Positions 1 through 13,788 of a stretch of DNA of 64,000 nt are shown here, in pieces. The stretch is taken from positions 310,001-374,000 of the forward strand of contig NW_026856168.1 of NCBI RefSeq assembly GCF_026571515.1, read 5' to 3'. Each line of letters starts with the position of its first letter. The stretch's first letter is position 1. This DNA is from Ruditapes philippinarum. Its lineage: Eukaryota. The position numbers and the translations under genes were made by a program. Under the pieces are notes generated by a model that saw nothing but the letters and a program-made list of their open reading frames with translations, had not been told where the DNA came from and did not search any database.

Positions 1-94
1 TTTAACTTAGGATATAGATATATTTAGAGCTATTTATTAACAAAATCACAATACTTATAATTATATGCCTAATTAATTGGAAAAATCAAAGACT

Positions 95-285
95 ATATTC
101 TTGAATTGGTCAAATCCCGGGATCCCTATATACGATCCCAGCTTTTCTGAAAACAATATTCTTGAACTGTCCAATTCCTTGGATCTCTTAATTTTTTAAT
201 ATGATCCCGGCTTTTCTGAAAACTATATTCTTGAACTGGTCAATTTCCGGGATCCTATTTTTTTAATAGGATCCCGGCTTTTCTG
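95..285. repeat. Short tandem repeat, about 3 copies of a 60-70 bp unit with an internal GGATCC/GATCCC inverted motif
   Basis: TATTCTTGAAyTGkyCAA..GGATC..GATCCCrGCTTTTCTG recurs at about 96, 157 and 225. Confidence 0.7.
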
Positions 286-1311
286 GCTGAATTGATAGAC
301 AACTTGTGTTTACTTTAGGACTTGTATCTGTCACTTATTCCAATACTAAATAACATATTACAACTTAACTTCGTATAAAGAGACATTTTTATGAATTCTA
401 CTTATCTATTTTTTTCTGGTCAAGGTCAACAGGCCATATAGTAAATGTGCATAGACACAGGGACTTCATTCTATCTGTTTACATCTTCATATATACTCAT
501 ATTCCTCTTTGTTAAACTGAGAGAACTGGCTTCCTTAACTTTATATGTCACTTTTATTTTGATGTTCGCTGAAGTCTTTTCAGCTAACAGAACTGTCATT
601 TTTACTTTTAAACACGCCCCTGGAAAGAAATTACGAAGCGAGTCGCTACTAGCTTTTTTAAAAGCTAACCTTGTTATGATTTATCATAGAACTTTCCTCA
701 TAGTTTAAGGGAGATAACTCGTATCATCCTATTTTCAATCATGAAATGAAATCAGAGTTGTCACCCTTTATCGTTTCATTTAATGGAACAAAGTACATGA
801 GTGCATTATTAGACAAAACATCTAAATCTACAACATTAAAGATTCTGGCACTCTTGAACTAAACGACGAATGAAATGTAATTTTGCATCATTATATTCAT
901 AATTGTTAAATGACTTTTGAAATTCCTGTGAAAATAATTTGTCATTTAATTTAGTTCAACTTGTGGTAGGAAAAGTTTTTTTATGAATAAATTTAACAAA
1001 GTTATTTGAAGTTCCTAAATAACCAACGCGTTGTTGAATCTTATCATTTTTGCAATGCAAATAAGCAGTTTGTGAACATGCACGACGGGACCCTGTCATA
1101 CGAACTATCTTTGTACCATGCGTCGTTCTTGAGATAAAGTTATCATTTATTGTGTTCTATCTAATCTGAAAACACAACGACTATACAAGCAATTTATGGT
1201 GTACTTACTGGGCAAAAGACTTACTTCGGAAATAAGAATATTTTGGGGTTTTCCCAGCTAATACGCGGGTACTAACAAACTTTTACAAATAAATTAATCT
1301 ATTGTGACCGG

Positions 1312-1943
1312 TAATGCTATGTTCTCACCGCCGATCAGATCAACTCGATCGTCCCGATCACATTAATTCCCCGATGAAGCCCGACCAAGCTGCATTAAAT
1401 GCACATTCACGACTCCTACACGACCTGAAGTCAGTAAGTCTAGTTATGGTCGATGTTTAACGACTTCTTCTCGACGACAACCCGACCAACATCCCGACTT
1501 CTTCTCGATCACCCAGACCCATACACGATATCAACTAGACTAACTGGACCTCTGCTCGATCGTTGCCAGATTTCCACCCGACCAGATCGTAATGATCGTA
1601 ATCGAGTCGTGAATAATGCTCGAGTAGAAGTCGAGATGATCGTGTACAGATCGGGTAAGAGATGTATACCCGACCAAACTTGATCGTTACACGATTTATT
1701 CTCGATCAACTAGATCTTCTACTGGATCACTATACGATCGCTTTTCAACCGCTTATCTACTCGATCGCTACTCGAACTTTTTTAGGATTTAAAAAAAATC
1801 GGGTAGGAAGCCCGAGCCATGCCGACCAAGGTAGACCGCTCCGACCACCCCCGATCACGCATGCAGACCGAGCTAGACCGGTACCCGATCGCTTGATCGT
1901 GCTTGATCGAGTTGATCTGATCGGCGGTAAGAACACAGCATTA
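1312..1943. mobile_element. Non-autonomous DNA transposon (MITE), PIF/Harbinger-like
   Basis: Terminal inverted repeats TGCTATGTTCTCACCGCCGATCAGATCAACTCGATC / GATCGAGTTGATCTGATCGGCGGTAAGAACACAGCA flanked by TAA/TTA (TWA-type target site); non-coding interior. Confidence 0.75.
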
Positions 1944-1978
1944 TAATGTACGGTAAAAGTTTGTTTGTACAGGGGATT

Positions 1979-2507
1979 CACCGTGCATATCCAGTAACGC
2001 ATGAATGTGCAAGTAGCGTAAAAGTAACGCCGAATATGTGCAACGCTTTTGCCAAAACCAGTAACACAGTAAGTAAATGAACCAAAATATTTTATTCTAA
2101 ATAAAATTTAAAGAAATGAATTAGCGCACACGGCTGCTACGACATTATACTTTAACCAGCATTACAATTATTTTCAGCAATATGTTTACTTTGTTAGATC
2201 ATTCGTGAGAAAGGCAACCTGGTTACAGTTTTTACTTTATTCTGATGGGAGATATCAACGAAACTAAAATCGCAATCAATACGCTAGTCAGGTTGTCATT
2301 TTCAAGAATGATCTTGAAAAATAAACATTTTTATGGAAATATTTCTGATGAGGTTTTAGGTATAATGTCTTAGCAACCGTATACGCTAATTCATTTCTTC
2401 CAATTTGGGGTACAATCCATTTACTTATCGCGGTGCTCGTTTTAGCAACTATTTGGCACAATTCTTGTGTTATTTGCACAATACTGCGTTACTGGATATA
2501 CACGGTG
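1979..2507. mobile_element. MITE-like element
   Basis: Inverted repeats CACCGTGCATATCCAGTAACGCA (about 1979) and TGCGTTACTGGATATACACGGTG (about 2485). Confidence 0.5.
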
Positions 2508-4849
2508 GGATAAGCTTGGGGAAAAATACACATTTGCCGGGTCCTGAATAACATCTATTCACATCCATTCAGTAACTCACACCGTACAGTCAAATGTGCA
2601 GACAACAGTTTAACCGTCGACAGCCGTACTGGTATCTACATACATGATTGTCGCTGTAAAAACACACACAATTGACGGACGAGTTTTAACATATCCCAAC
2701 TGTGTTCGAGTAAATCAATGTCGACAAAATTTGTGCATTCAAAGTATACATTATTTAATGGCACCCTTTTCTGTCCTGTTAGCGGGCTATTATTTGTTGT
2801 ATGTTAGCTGAGAGACCTTTTTTCCATTTACCGCACTGTCTTTCAATATAAAAAGGATTTATAAATAATTTCTCTGAAATGCTTAATTAATTCTTTTAAA
2901 TTCAGTGAAGGGTAAGGCAAGATTTAACGTTAAATACTAATATTCAGTCTTATAAATAAAGGCATCCATTCAGTTTAATTATAATTAATAGCATATAATG
3001 TCCAATGCAGTGAATTACTCTGTTACCCGAGATATGAAAGTGTATGAATAAATAATTCGGAGCCATGTTTTCATTTCCGAAGAGTTGTTACATTTTATGG
3101 GGTATACAGACTATGATGGTAGAAGAGAGAACGGACATCAAACCACTATTTGATTTTTATACGCGGGAAATATGCAAATCAGATAACTGTGTTTCGATGT
3201 TTATTCTATCACTTAGAAAATCAAATAGACACTAATTAACAATTAAATAAGTATTACAATCAGATCGCGCTGCAAAATTGTATAGGTTTTAGTAAATCAA
3301 AGTGACTTTTTTTTTCTTTTTATTGATATTTCTAGATATATATTGTTAACCATTAAAAACTTATGTAAATTCAGTTACCAAGGCTTTTCTCGTGTAAGCA
3401 CTGAGAGTGATCTGAAACATAGAATCTTTAAAACATTCATATGAAAATAATTATTTTTTTCCGTTTATACCGTGAAGAGCGGAAATGCATATTAAACAAC
3501 GACATACACAGTCTTTGCATGCTTTTACGATGGATTTCGTAAGCGTGAGGTCCATAAGAAAGTACCATTAATTAATATATATTCTAAATGAACAAAGACG
3601 TTTTACTCTTTCCTAGATACTATAGCACAAAAAGCAGTTGAACGGTTTTCAGCGTTATTCAATCCTGCTGATGAGTGGATGTCGATGTAATCATTAAATA
3701 GAGGCGAACGGTTGATGACGTTACTCAGATTTTTAAGACATTCACACTCAAATACACCAAATACACCATGTATTTTTTAGAGTGAAAAGTATTTTTACTT
3801 TGTCCGTCTTTTGTATGATCATTTGAATATATTTTGTTCTTCTAAATTTCTATTTCTATTTTTTTTTTCATGTCGTGTATTTTTTTTTAATTTTAAAACA
3901 TTTTAACAATCAAACCCACAACGATTTCGAAATATTAAAAATTGAATGTATAAATCAATATATAACTCACTTCATTTCATTTTTTTTTTTTTTTTTTACA
4001 TTTCTGATAATGTTTTTTTCTGATGTTTGACGTTTTCCCCAAACTAAACACACTTGCATATCAAACTGTGTACAAAAACATTCTATCTCATGCATTTGTA
4101 ACTATTTGAAACAAAACTGGTAAATTAAGAAAAAGATACATAAAACACTCAAATGCAATGGTACTTTACATGTTACGAGCCTTTTAAGGCATGAAACAAC
4201 ACTGACCAGGACTGTGTACTGCGCTATCAAGGCACATGAAAATATGATGTTTTACTTTAGGCTTCAGTCTGCCTTACCTATTCTTCGCTTTATGCGAACA
4301 AAGGCTCAAGTTATCGTCCTGGGACAGTACGCTGGCAAAAATGCCCCCAGGTTAATATTTGAAACAAAGTGTGAAATATATATCTCCAATATGTAACGCA
4401 TATAAAACGTTTTTGAAACGTTCATGTTTTGCAAATTTAATATAATTCTGTTATATACATAAAATGAAAAGTAGAAAAAAACTTTGAAGTCAAAATTTTC
4501 CAAGAAGTTATATATGATCCATTTAAAATTTCATAGCAGACTTAAAAAGACGTTAACTGATAAACCGCTCGGTTTGCATAAATATTGTTGTATATAAACC
4601 AATTCAAGATATGTCTGTGAAAATTAGCCGCCTTATCAATAAGGTAATGGCATATTTTTTTAAGTCTGCCCTTCAATAAAAGGGCGGACAACTCTTTGTC
4701 CCTTTCTCGTAAGAGAAGGGGAATCCTATGATGCGTGTATGTGGTCGCACGGTCACTTTCCATAAAATATGTCCTCGATGCATGAATGTGGTCGCATGGT
4801 CGAACATTTCTAATATAAGGTGTTTTGGTATCGAACAGTCTCGAAAACT

Positions 4850-5770
4850 AATCTCCCTTTGAACCATTACTCCATTTGCAATTTATATCAGGGGAAGTCA
4901 CTCTAATCTACTCGATTTAGAGCGCAACATAAAGCTTCCCTTGAACTCTTGCTCAATTTGCAATGTTATAAGGGGATTTCACTCTAACCGACTCTATTTT
5001 TAGCGATACAGTAAGATGTCTTGAACCCTTACGCCATTTGCAAAGCTATAAGGAAAGATCACTCTAACCGAGTCGATTCTGAGCGTAACAGTAACCTCCT
5101 TTTGAACCCATACCCCATTTGCAATGTATCAGGGGAGGTCACTCTAACCGGTTCTATTTTGAGCGACACAGTAACCCACTTTCAACCAGTACGCCATTTG
5201 CAATGTATCAGGGGAGGTCTCTCCTACCGACTACTCGATTCTGAGCGCAGCATAATAATATCTGTCATATGTTGCGGTTCGGACCGGAATATCCCCGAGG
5301 TGACCGCCATGGCGAACAAGGCTTGCGATTACCGCCCATGGGCGGTTACGAGCGTATGAACGAATTACCTTTTGATACTCCGATGCAATCATTATTAGAA
5401 GTCATTTTTGAGCGCAACACTAACCTTTTTTGAACCCTTACGTCGTTTGCAGTGTTATTAGGGGAAGTCACTCTAACCGACTCTATTTTAAGCGCAACAG
5501 TTATGTCCCTTTGAACCCTTACACCATTTGCAATTTTATCAGGGGAAGTCGTTCTAACTCACTCGGACTTGAGCGCAAAATTAACCTCCCTTTTAAACCC
5601 ATACACCATTTGCAATGTTATCAGGAGAGGTGACATTACCCATTAGTAATGTTTTCAGGGGAGGTAACTCTAACCGACTCGATAATGAGCGCAACAGAAA
5701 CCTCCCTTTGAAACCTACGCCATTTGCAATGTTATCAGGAAAGATCATACCGACTTTCTTTTTTTTGAGC
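4850..5770. repeat. Degenerate ~80 bp tandem repeat (about 9 copies) interrupted by a ~150 bp insert at about 5255-5405
   Basis: Recurring GAGCGCAACAG..TTGAACCC..CCATTTGCAATGTTATCAGGGGAGGTCACTCTAACCGACTC; period 80 between 5081 and 5161. Confidence 0.85.
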
Positions 5771-7302
5771 TACAAGTACTTAATAAATTCATTCTTCATT
5801 ATGTACTTAAAAAGGCCCCAAAAGGTCTGTAAGCTTATATATTCCTGCAGACAAGAGGTTATAGTAGATTTATCTTGAGGATATTAATCAATTACCATAT
5901 TTTGTCCAGTATAAAATTTGGACGTGGGGTAGGTGACACCAGTCTTCAAACTCCTTACAGTGATTACCTCCCTTGGCATATTTACTGATCAGGGGAAATC
6001 GCTGCTATTGTAGGGACTTTTAATACAGAATATACATGTAGCTCTGTCATTCACTATTTTATTATTTGGTTAAAACTTACTTTATTCAACAATGCTTACA
6101 ATTTACATAGTTAATGAAACAACATTACCATAAGTTTAATAATTTTACTTGAAGCTATCATCTTACAACATCAGCGTCGATGAGTGGTGGTAAATACAGT
6201 TTAGAATACTTAACTCTAGATACTAAAATATTGTTTTGTCAAAATATGGACCGAATGATCGGAATCAATCCATTAATAATAAGGTAATTGTGACCTGGAT
6301 GTCGATGTTATCATTATATAGAGTCGAACACATTACGTTGGTTTTGTCGTGACGCGGCTCATATGATCTTTGTAAGAATTTGAACTTTAAAGATTTTTTT
6401 TCTGCATGTTGTCCATAGTGGAGCAATAGAAAATAAGAACGTACTTGAAAATGCATTCGAACAAATATTGACAAATGTTTTATTAATACATCTTTGAGGA
6501 AGGCGGAAGTAAATGATGTGAGTGTTCTGTTAGAACTAGCTGGATTGGCAATGGATACAGCACGATTCTGATTCCAGTAACGCCGGAATGTGAAAATAAC
6601 GCACGATTCGTGCAACAAGTAACGCATAATTGTGCAATAAAATGCGGATACTGGACAGGATTTCCAACGCGGTAAGTAAACTTGCCATTATAGTTTTTAT
6701 TTAACCGGACTGAAAAAAAGAAAAGCCGCATACGGCTACGAAGATATTACTCTCAAGATAATTTCTATTGTGGTACATAGATGATCAACTTGTTCGCGTA
6801 AAAATATCGGTTAATGATACTTTAAACAGAGGACTTTTATGTGCGCTTTTTGGATCATTGAATTATTGAATACGTTAGTCCTGCCTATTTTCTGATATCA
6901 ATTACAAATATCAAATTACCTTTAACGTAATAACCACTTTAAGTCATGCCAAAATTATTGTTTTCCGGGTTACTTAACTTGAAATCACGTTCGTAAAAGC
7001 CTATAAAAGTATTAGAATAGGAAAAGACTATTAACCATATAATCCGCATTCACGAGTTCAGTGCTTTAATAATTACATGCGCGAAATGATACTTCCGTTT
7101 CTATGGAAATATCGTATCGTAAATTTTTTTTATTTTATTATTTGAAAATCGTAGTAAATTTAAAATTGAAAACAGGTCTATCTATAGAAATGTTGGTCCA
7201 GACGGCACTCCATACTTTTTTTCTGATTGCGATAACGGCTAATCAAATGTCATATTTGGAATGTTCTGATAGCAACCGGATAGTAGGAGTTAGTTGTCAG
7301 AA

Positions 7303-7354
7303 ATGGATTTGCTGCGAACAGTTCTGCTGTGTTTTGGATTTATTACATTTGCAG
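7303..7354 (+). CDS. Candidate alternative (or orphan) signal-peptide first exon, MDLLRTVLLCFGFITFA
   Basis: AAATG start, 17 mostly hydrophobic codons, CAG|GTAACC donor in phase 1, compatible with the Ly6 exon-2 acceptor at 10422. Confidence 0.4.
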
Positions 7355-7504
7355 GTAACCCATTTAATTCTGGCAATGTTATATCAAACGCGAGTCTGTT
7401 ATATGAATAGTAACAGGCGATATTTATTTTTAGTGGGTCTTTGTTTCATTCAGTAACACATCAGAAACAATTTCTATTAATTAAAGTGTCAAAGAATTGT
7501 TATC

Positions 7505-8490
7505 AAACGAAAGAGAATTGTTCATAACTAGTCATAACAAAGTGGTGTTTAGAAAACGAGAGGGAATTGTTCATAACTAGTCATAACAGAGTGGTGTTAG
7601 AAAACGAGAGGGGAGAGGGATTTGTTCATAACTAGTCATAACAGAGTGGTGTTAGAAAACGAGAGGGATTTGTTCATAATTAGTCATAACAGAGTGGTGT
7701 TAGAAAACGAGAGGGAATTGTTCATAACTAGTCATAACAGAGTGGTGTTTAGAAAACGAGAGGGATTTGTTCATAACTAGTCATAACAAAGTGGTGTTTA
7801 GAAAACGAGAGGGAATTGTTCATAACTAGTCATAACAGAGTGGTGTTAGAAAACGAGAGGGATTTGTTCATAACAGTGTGGGGTAACGAAACGAAAGGAA
7901 ATTGTTCGAAACGCTGTGGTATTCATAAAACGAAAGGTAACCACAATAATAGCGTGGTGTACGGAAACGAAAGGGAATTGTTAATAACAAGTCATAACAG
8001 AGTGATGTTTAGAAATGAGAGCGAATTGTTCATAACAGTGTGGTGTAACGAAACGAAAGGAATTTGTTCGAAACGTTGTGGTATAACCATCATAATTGCG
8101 TGGCGTACGGAAACGAAAGGGAATTGTTCATAACTAGTCATAACAGTGTGGTGTTTAGAAAACGAGAGGGAACTGTCTATAATAGCGTGGTGTGCCGAAA
8201 AGAAAAGGAATTGTACGAAACGGCGTGGTGTTCAAAAAACGAGAGGGAATTCTTTATAACTGAGTGGTGCACTGAAACTAAAAAGCATTCTTCATTACAG
8301 TGTGGTGCATAGAAAACGAGAGGGAACTGTTCATAACAGTGTGTTTTTCTGGAACGAGAAGGAAATGTTTAGTAACAGTGTGATCTTCCGAAATGAGAGA
8401 GAATTGTTCATAAGAGTGTGGTGTTCCGAAACGAGAGAGAATTGTTCATAATAGTGTGGTGTTCCGAAACGAGAGTGTATTGTTCAAACA
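7505..8490. repeat. Minisatellite: 48-49 bp units (about 7 near-perfect copies to about 7870) decaying into shorter related units
   Basis: GGGAATTGTTCATAACTAGTCATAACAGAGTGGTGTTAGAAAACGAGA repeated. Confidence 0.9.
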
Positions 8491-9209
8491 ATGGAAAAAT
8501 AAAGTTAATTTATATCAAATGCAGACAAAAAAGCAACGGAATAAAAAACACTATTAGATAAGAAATAATAAAATATGGAAAGGTGGATATCAGTGTTTGA
8601 ACTTATGTCAACCACGATTAGAACATCTCCCCATGAACCAGACGTTATCTTGGATTTAAAATATTATATTGTAGCCTTTTAACAGGTTTCAATTCTAAGA
8701 TTAAGCGACTGAGAACAAATATTTTTTTGTCTTCAAAAAACAGTATTAAGAGACACATAAAAGTGTGTCTCTTACGGAAGCGTCCAGATGCAAAATATTG
8801 ATGTTTTATTTTAAAAAAATAATTTCCGGGACTAGAACTAATAATCCAAAAAATAATTCGCAAACTTATTGTTCTTTTCATCTAAGCTATTTAGGCGTGG
8901 TCATGGACAACTGTAATATATATTGCTAATCGCATCTTCTCGGTCCTTACCTATAAGGACATTATTTTTAATAATAACCGAGGTATACCGGTTGATATAT
9001 GGCACGTGCAGTAAGATAGAGCTTAGCGTTCGATACCAAACTGGATAATAAAGCTTGGATGTATCAAATTATTTAAATTGTCAAGTGCTCTTAAATCATA
9101 CCCTATGTACACACCCTTTGTTGGTTACTCTGATAAAATGTAATGAACATCATTTTAAGGCCAAGGTACTCTAAATATTTGCTTCAATTAACATTTCATG
9201 GCAATTTTA

Positions 9210-9565
9210 TTAAAGCAGCATGCCTCCAGATTCATGCTTATATTCATGAAAAGTTTGACAATGTATTTAAAAGTTAGATAAGTTTTGAACTGAACAAAGA
9301 GAGTATTTTTACACATTGCAAATGGCACTTACAGATCAAGTAAATTACCCCAAAAAGGCCAAAACATGCAAAATAGCCCTTACTGCGTTAGTCACACAGT
9401 AGATCTAGATATAAGTGATAAAAACTGCACAATCAGTCATCACTCGCTCATAACATGTAAATAATTTCTTGAATCTCGGATCTTAAAATCTTAGAACATT
9501 TTAACCCCATATTTTTTTATATTTTATTGAAACAGTTTGACTCATCTGGAGGCATGCATCTTTAA
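9210..9565. mobile_element. TTAA-flanked MITE (Kolobok-like, AG termini)
   Basis: TTAA-AGCAGCATGCCTCCAGAT ... ATCTGGAGGCATGCATCT-TTAA; a second, 3'-truncated copy lies at about 54624-54948. Confidence 0.75.
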
Positions 9566-9867
9566 AAATTAAATGGCAATTAAGTATCGTCTTTTTTAAC
9601 AAAGACCACACTTTTTTATAGATCGAATTATATATATTATATACAAAAATAAAAACATATTTGTTAAAAAATTGTTTCAAAATAAAATCGAAATGCGAAA
9701 ACTTTCTGATATCGACAATTGAAAAAGGGGGTAGGTTGGGAGTCCCGAAACGGAACTGACTTTTTTCATTATTTCTTATTAATCCTGATTAAGGGTCCTT
9801 TATTTGAAACCTTGTTTAGAAACTAGCGATTGAATTCGTTCAGCCTTAACTTGCAACAGAGATAGGT

Positions 9868-9890
9868 GGGTGTACATGAGTACCATAAAA
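9868..9890 (+). promoter_or_regulatory. Putative core-promoter element conserved between Ly6 paralogs A and B
   Basis: GGGTGT.C..GAGT.CCATAAA about 80-100 bp upstream of the ATG in both A (9868) and B (about 20456); CATAAA is a TATA-like variant. Confidence 0.35.
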
Positions 9891-9969
9891 TATGATGACA
9901 TTTATTCTAAACTTTATTGTTTTTGATTTTCAAGAGTTAATTCATAAGTAGAAGAAAAACTAAGTAAAA

Positions 9970-12900
9970 ATGAGGGCTTTTACTTTAGTTTATATCATTT
10001 CCGGATATTTTGCTTATTTCACATGTAAGTTTGTTGTAAAATAAAATTGAAACATAAATTGAAATTGTATAATGGATGTTAAGTGTTAACAAGATCATTT
10101 ATTTATTTAAATAATATATAAATTACAAGTTGCTTCGAATATTGGTAACCTTAACCACTTTTAAGTTATTAATGTGTCGTTTTCCAGATAAGACCATGCA
10201 TATTATCTTATCAAGACTTTCTAAAAAGTGCGATTCGTTTAGATTAAACAGAAAAATACCAGATCAAGATAAATTAACAATGACCCGTTTTATTATATAA
10301 CGTTCTGTGCTAGGCTACGTCACTATGCTTTGAATATATATGAAATTTCTAATAGTGGGTATTCGAAAGAAAAGGAAAAATATCATTGCATTATTCAGTC
10401 ATGACGAATTTTCTATTACAGCCGCACAAAATGATGCCAATGAAACCGAGGGGCTCCGATGTTACGCATGCGCATCAACAGGTGGGAACAACAAATGCGA
10501 AGATTTTAATACGTATAAAATAGCAATGGACGGTAAAGGCAACGAAAAAGTGAAGAAAACGTGCACACCTCCATACAATAAAACATGCATAATGGAAACT
10601 TACGAAATACTTGGTAAGTTTAATTGTCGCCTGCCCTGAGCCAATCAGAGAGGAGAATTTAATACCTCATGACAACAAATGGACGACAAAATATATGAAA
10701 AGTTGGCGCCTGCGAGACACGCCGCCCAACATCATTTGTCGGGTTACTTGAATATACATTTGAAATACTATCTTCATGTACGAATCTCGAAACCTGTGCA
10801 TGGTATTCCAAGGGGTACACAATATTCGGAATATTTCTCTTGAATATATACTATGCCCATTCTTGAGTAAAGCACTTTTTCATAGTAATTTATTGAAATC
10901 TATGAAATTCTTACTGAATATGTCTAATTTGAATAATAGAGTAAAAAAACTATTTATGGGAAGCCGTGTTAGCTATTACAGGTCAAGAAAAGTTGGTCTG
11001 TCAGTTTTTTTATTGACACAATATATTCATATTGTGACCACCTATGATGGGTAGAATTTTAAACATAACATATCTACTTTGTGTGAAGTTAAAACATGTT
11101 CGTTTTATATTTACAAAGAGACTGTGTAGCAATTATCCATATTTTCTAATATAAAATATAAGCATAGTATATCTTTAAAAGAAACATAAGCTGTATTGTT
11201 CAGGGAAGAGTTTATTACACAAAATAGATTTTCGAATACCCCCGGCTGAACGGCGATTCCTAGCATTTTGGTAATACGAATACTTTAATGTAGCTATTCT
11301 TAAGCTCACAAGAAAACTACAACTGCATATTCTCCAATGATATTTTGAGGGTTCAGATTCTATCTATCTCTTTATAAAGGCGATCCCTCGCGGGGACGTA
11401 GACATTCGGATTTCAAATTCAATCTTTTGTGCCCAGTATGGGCCACTGTAACGATTGATTTCACGATTAAAATGTATCGGAAGACGGATGCATACAATTT
11501 TAATCTGTTTGATAATAAAACACACGTTTTTGGGATATTTTATACAACATAAAAATTGACTATCTTTACATGTTCAAATAATCATCACCTATTTTCGAGA
11601 TAACATAGCTTCTAACAAAGGGAAATAACTTTGATAGCTCTGTAGGGTGTCGCTGAAGGTGTAACAATATGTTTTATAACGCAGCTTTCTTGATAAGCTC
11701 CCATGGATGTAGCCAGAAGTAACAAAACAAAATTGAGTCAGACTAATATACGAAATGAATGGAAAAAAATCGGCGAAAAAATGATATTTTTCTATCTTGT
11801 GACCATGATTTCCTGCAAGCGTCTAGTGGTACTGCTCCAACACTGTAATGCGTTAAACCCCAGTCACACTAGAGCTTACGATTACTTGCGACTACCGGCG
11901 ACGTGTAAAACCGACGATCATCGGCGATTGTTTGCGACCAAGCCCTCTTTGATCAAGTAAATGTACTTCTGCGATCATAGTACGACCAATCATCATTGAC
12001 AATCGCACGACAGGTCATCAGCAAACGTACGATGGTCTTAAGATTGCCTGGGATTACTTACGACTACCCGTGACCTGTCATGCGATCACCTACAACTTGT
12101 CGTACGACCATCACACGATTACTAAAGACTACTCAGGATTATCAGTGACTAGTGGCAATTTGTAAAGACTGTCGTAAGATTGTCGCACTTTCGAGCGACG
12201 ATCGTGCGACAGACTAAGACCTTATAAGATCACTAGCAACCTGTTTGATCGCAGGGAGGTTTTTGTGCAAGCTCAAAAACCTCTCTACGACTGAATTTGG
12301 TCGTAGGACGTAAATAAGATAACCTGCGACTATCGAAGATCACCGATGACCGTCGTAAAACGTTTTAAAGATTATCCGCGACCAGTGGTCAATGGTGATC
12401 GTGAACTGGTCTTTACTTGTCGTAAACTCTAATGTGACTGGGGATTAATAAATACAAAAAGTCATGTTAAAGCGCTGCTTTCTTGATATAGATAGAAGTA
12501 GTTACGGAAAGCAACGAAGTTGTCCGAGTTCTCAAAGTTGTTTACTTCAATGAGCTTTTTGAAATAAAATAACAATCATGACAGTCATACATTGTAGATA
12601 GGAAATTATCAGTCCGACATGTCACATATCATATGGTTAAAATCTAATTTTTTCAAGTATTATCAGTAGATATCAGATAAGTCGCATGTTTACTCAGTGA
12701 TTTATTGAAACAGATTGCATGGTATGCGCCTTTCGGCATATCGATTTAGATATGTTGAAAGTTGTTACCAATCCTTTCCCTTCCTTTAAAATTGTCACAA
12801 AAATGGTCTTTAAAAAAACCTTGTTTCCTGCAGTGCAGACCTTGTTCAAAACCTTAGATATGTCAAAACGATACCGATAGAGGTTTTATTTATTTATTAA

Positions 12901-13788
12901 TTATTATTTTTCAAACAAAATTAACAAACGTGCATGTTTTCCATATCCATAATTTTTGTACATTTCTGAATGAAATATGGTGCATTTTTGGCTATATGGG
13001 TGGAAATTTCTCTTTTTTACTGGTATTGCTAAGCGTAGAACAGTAGTCCACTAGGACCAAACTCACTAGGACAATACCCCCAATGGACAAATCCCACACT
13101 AACAATAGACCGCTAGGTCAATCTCTTACTGGAGAAAAACCCACTAGGACTAGTGGGCTATTGTCCGTTCCCTAAAATTGCTGTACACAGTGGAAATTTA
13201 TAGCAAATATTTACTTTTGCTGAAAAAAGTGTTGTTTTTTTTGTTCTGTATATAAACATGTATACTGTTTCGACATGGAAAAGAAACATTTTTAAGGACG
13301 CTTCATTGATTGAGATTTCCATAATTAAATAGTACAATTAACTAGCCACTAGCCAAATAGGCCTGGCTAAGCTAAGTTTCGTATTAAAAGATTAATAAGT
13401 TTAAATACATGTATAATTCACACTCGAAAACATAGACGATAAGTACTGAAATACATGTAGATTCTCGTTACATTATATTACACGTGGCATATTTTCAGGG
13501 AACACCGTGTCACATATCAGAGGTTGCAGTGACAATGAACACTTTTCTTTCTCTTCAAGTCTTCAATCAAACAGAAGCGCATACAAGCGTTTGGAGGATC
13601 TCCAACCGAACAACGAGACCGCGTGCGTCTGGGACGGTCAACATCTCGTCTGCTTAACCAAATGTAATACAAACTTTTGTAACGGCCCTCATCTTAAGGA
13701 AGTTATAAATGGGGCCACTGTGATCAAACTGTCTTCAATTTTAATGTTTGTTATAGTTCTAGCAAATAAAATGATAGAACGGCAGTGA
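9970..13788 (+). CDS. Ly6/uPAR (three-finger, quiver/sleepless-like) protein with GPI-type tail, paralog A, 178 aa; exons 9970-10024, 10422-10613, 13499-13788
   Basis: Signal exon MRAFTLVYIISGYFAYFT with T|GTAAGT donor; phase-1 GT-AG introns; LRCYAC start, 10 Cys ending CxxxxCN; hydrophobic C-terminus; AATAAA at about 13859; exon structure conserved in two paralogs. Confidence 0.9.
10840..11178. mobile_element. Kolobok-like MITE in intron 2 of paralog A (same family as 20711-21066)
   Basis: Colinear similarity to 20711-21066; ends GCATAGTATATCT-TTAA with a degenerate inverted copy at the start. Confidence 0.65.
11854..12446. mobile_element. PIF/Harbinger-like MITE in intron 2 of paralog A
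   Basis: TIRs CCCAGTCACACTAGAGCTTACGA / TCGTAAACTCTAATGTGACTGGG with TAA/TTA flanks. Confidence 0.7.
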
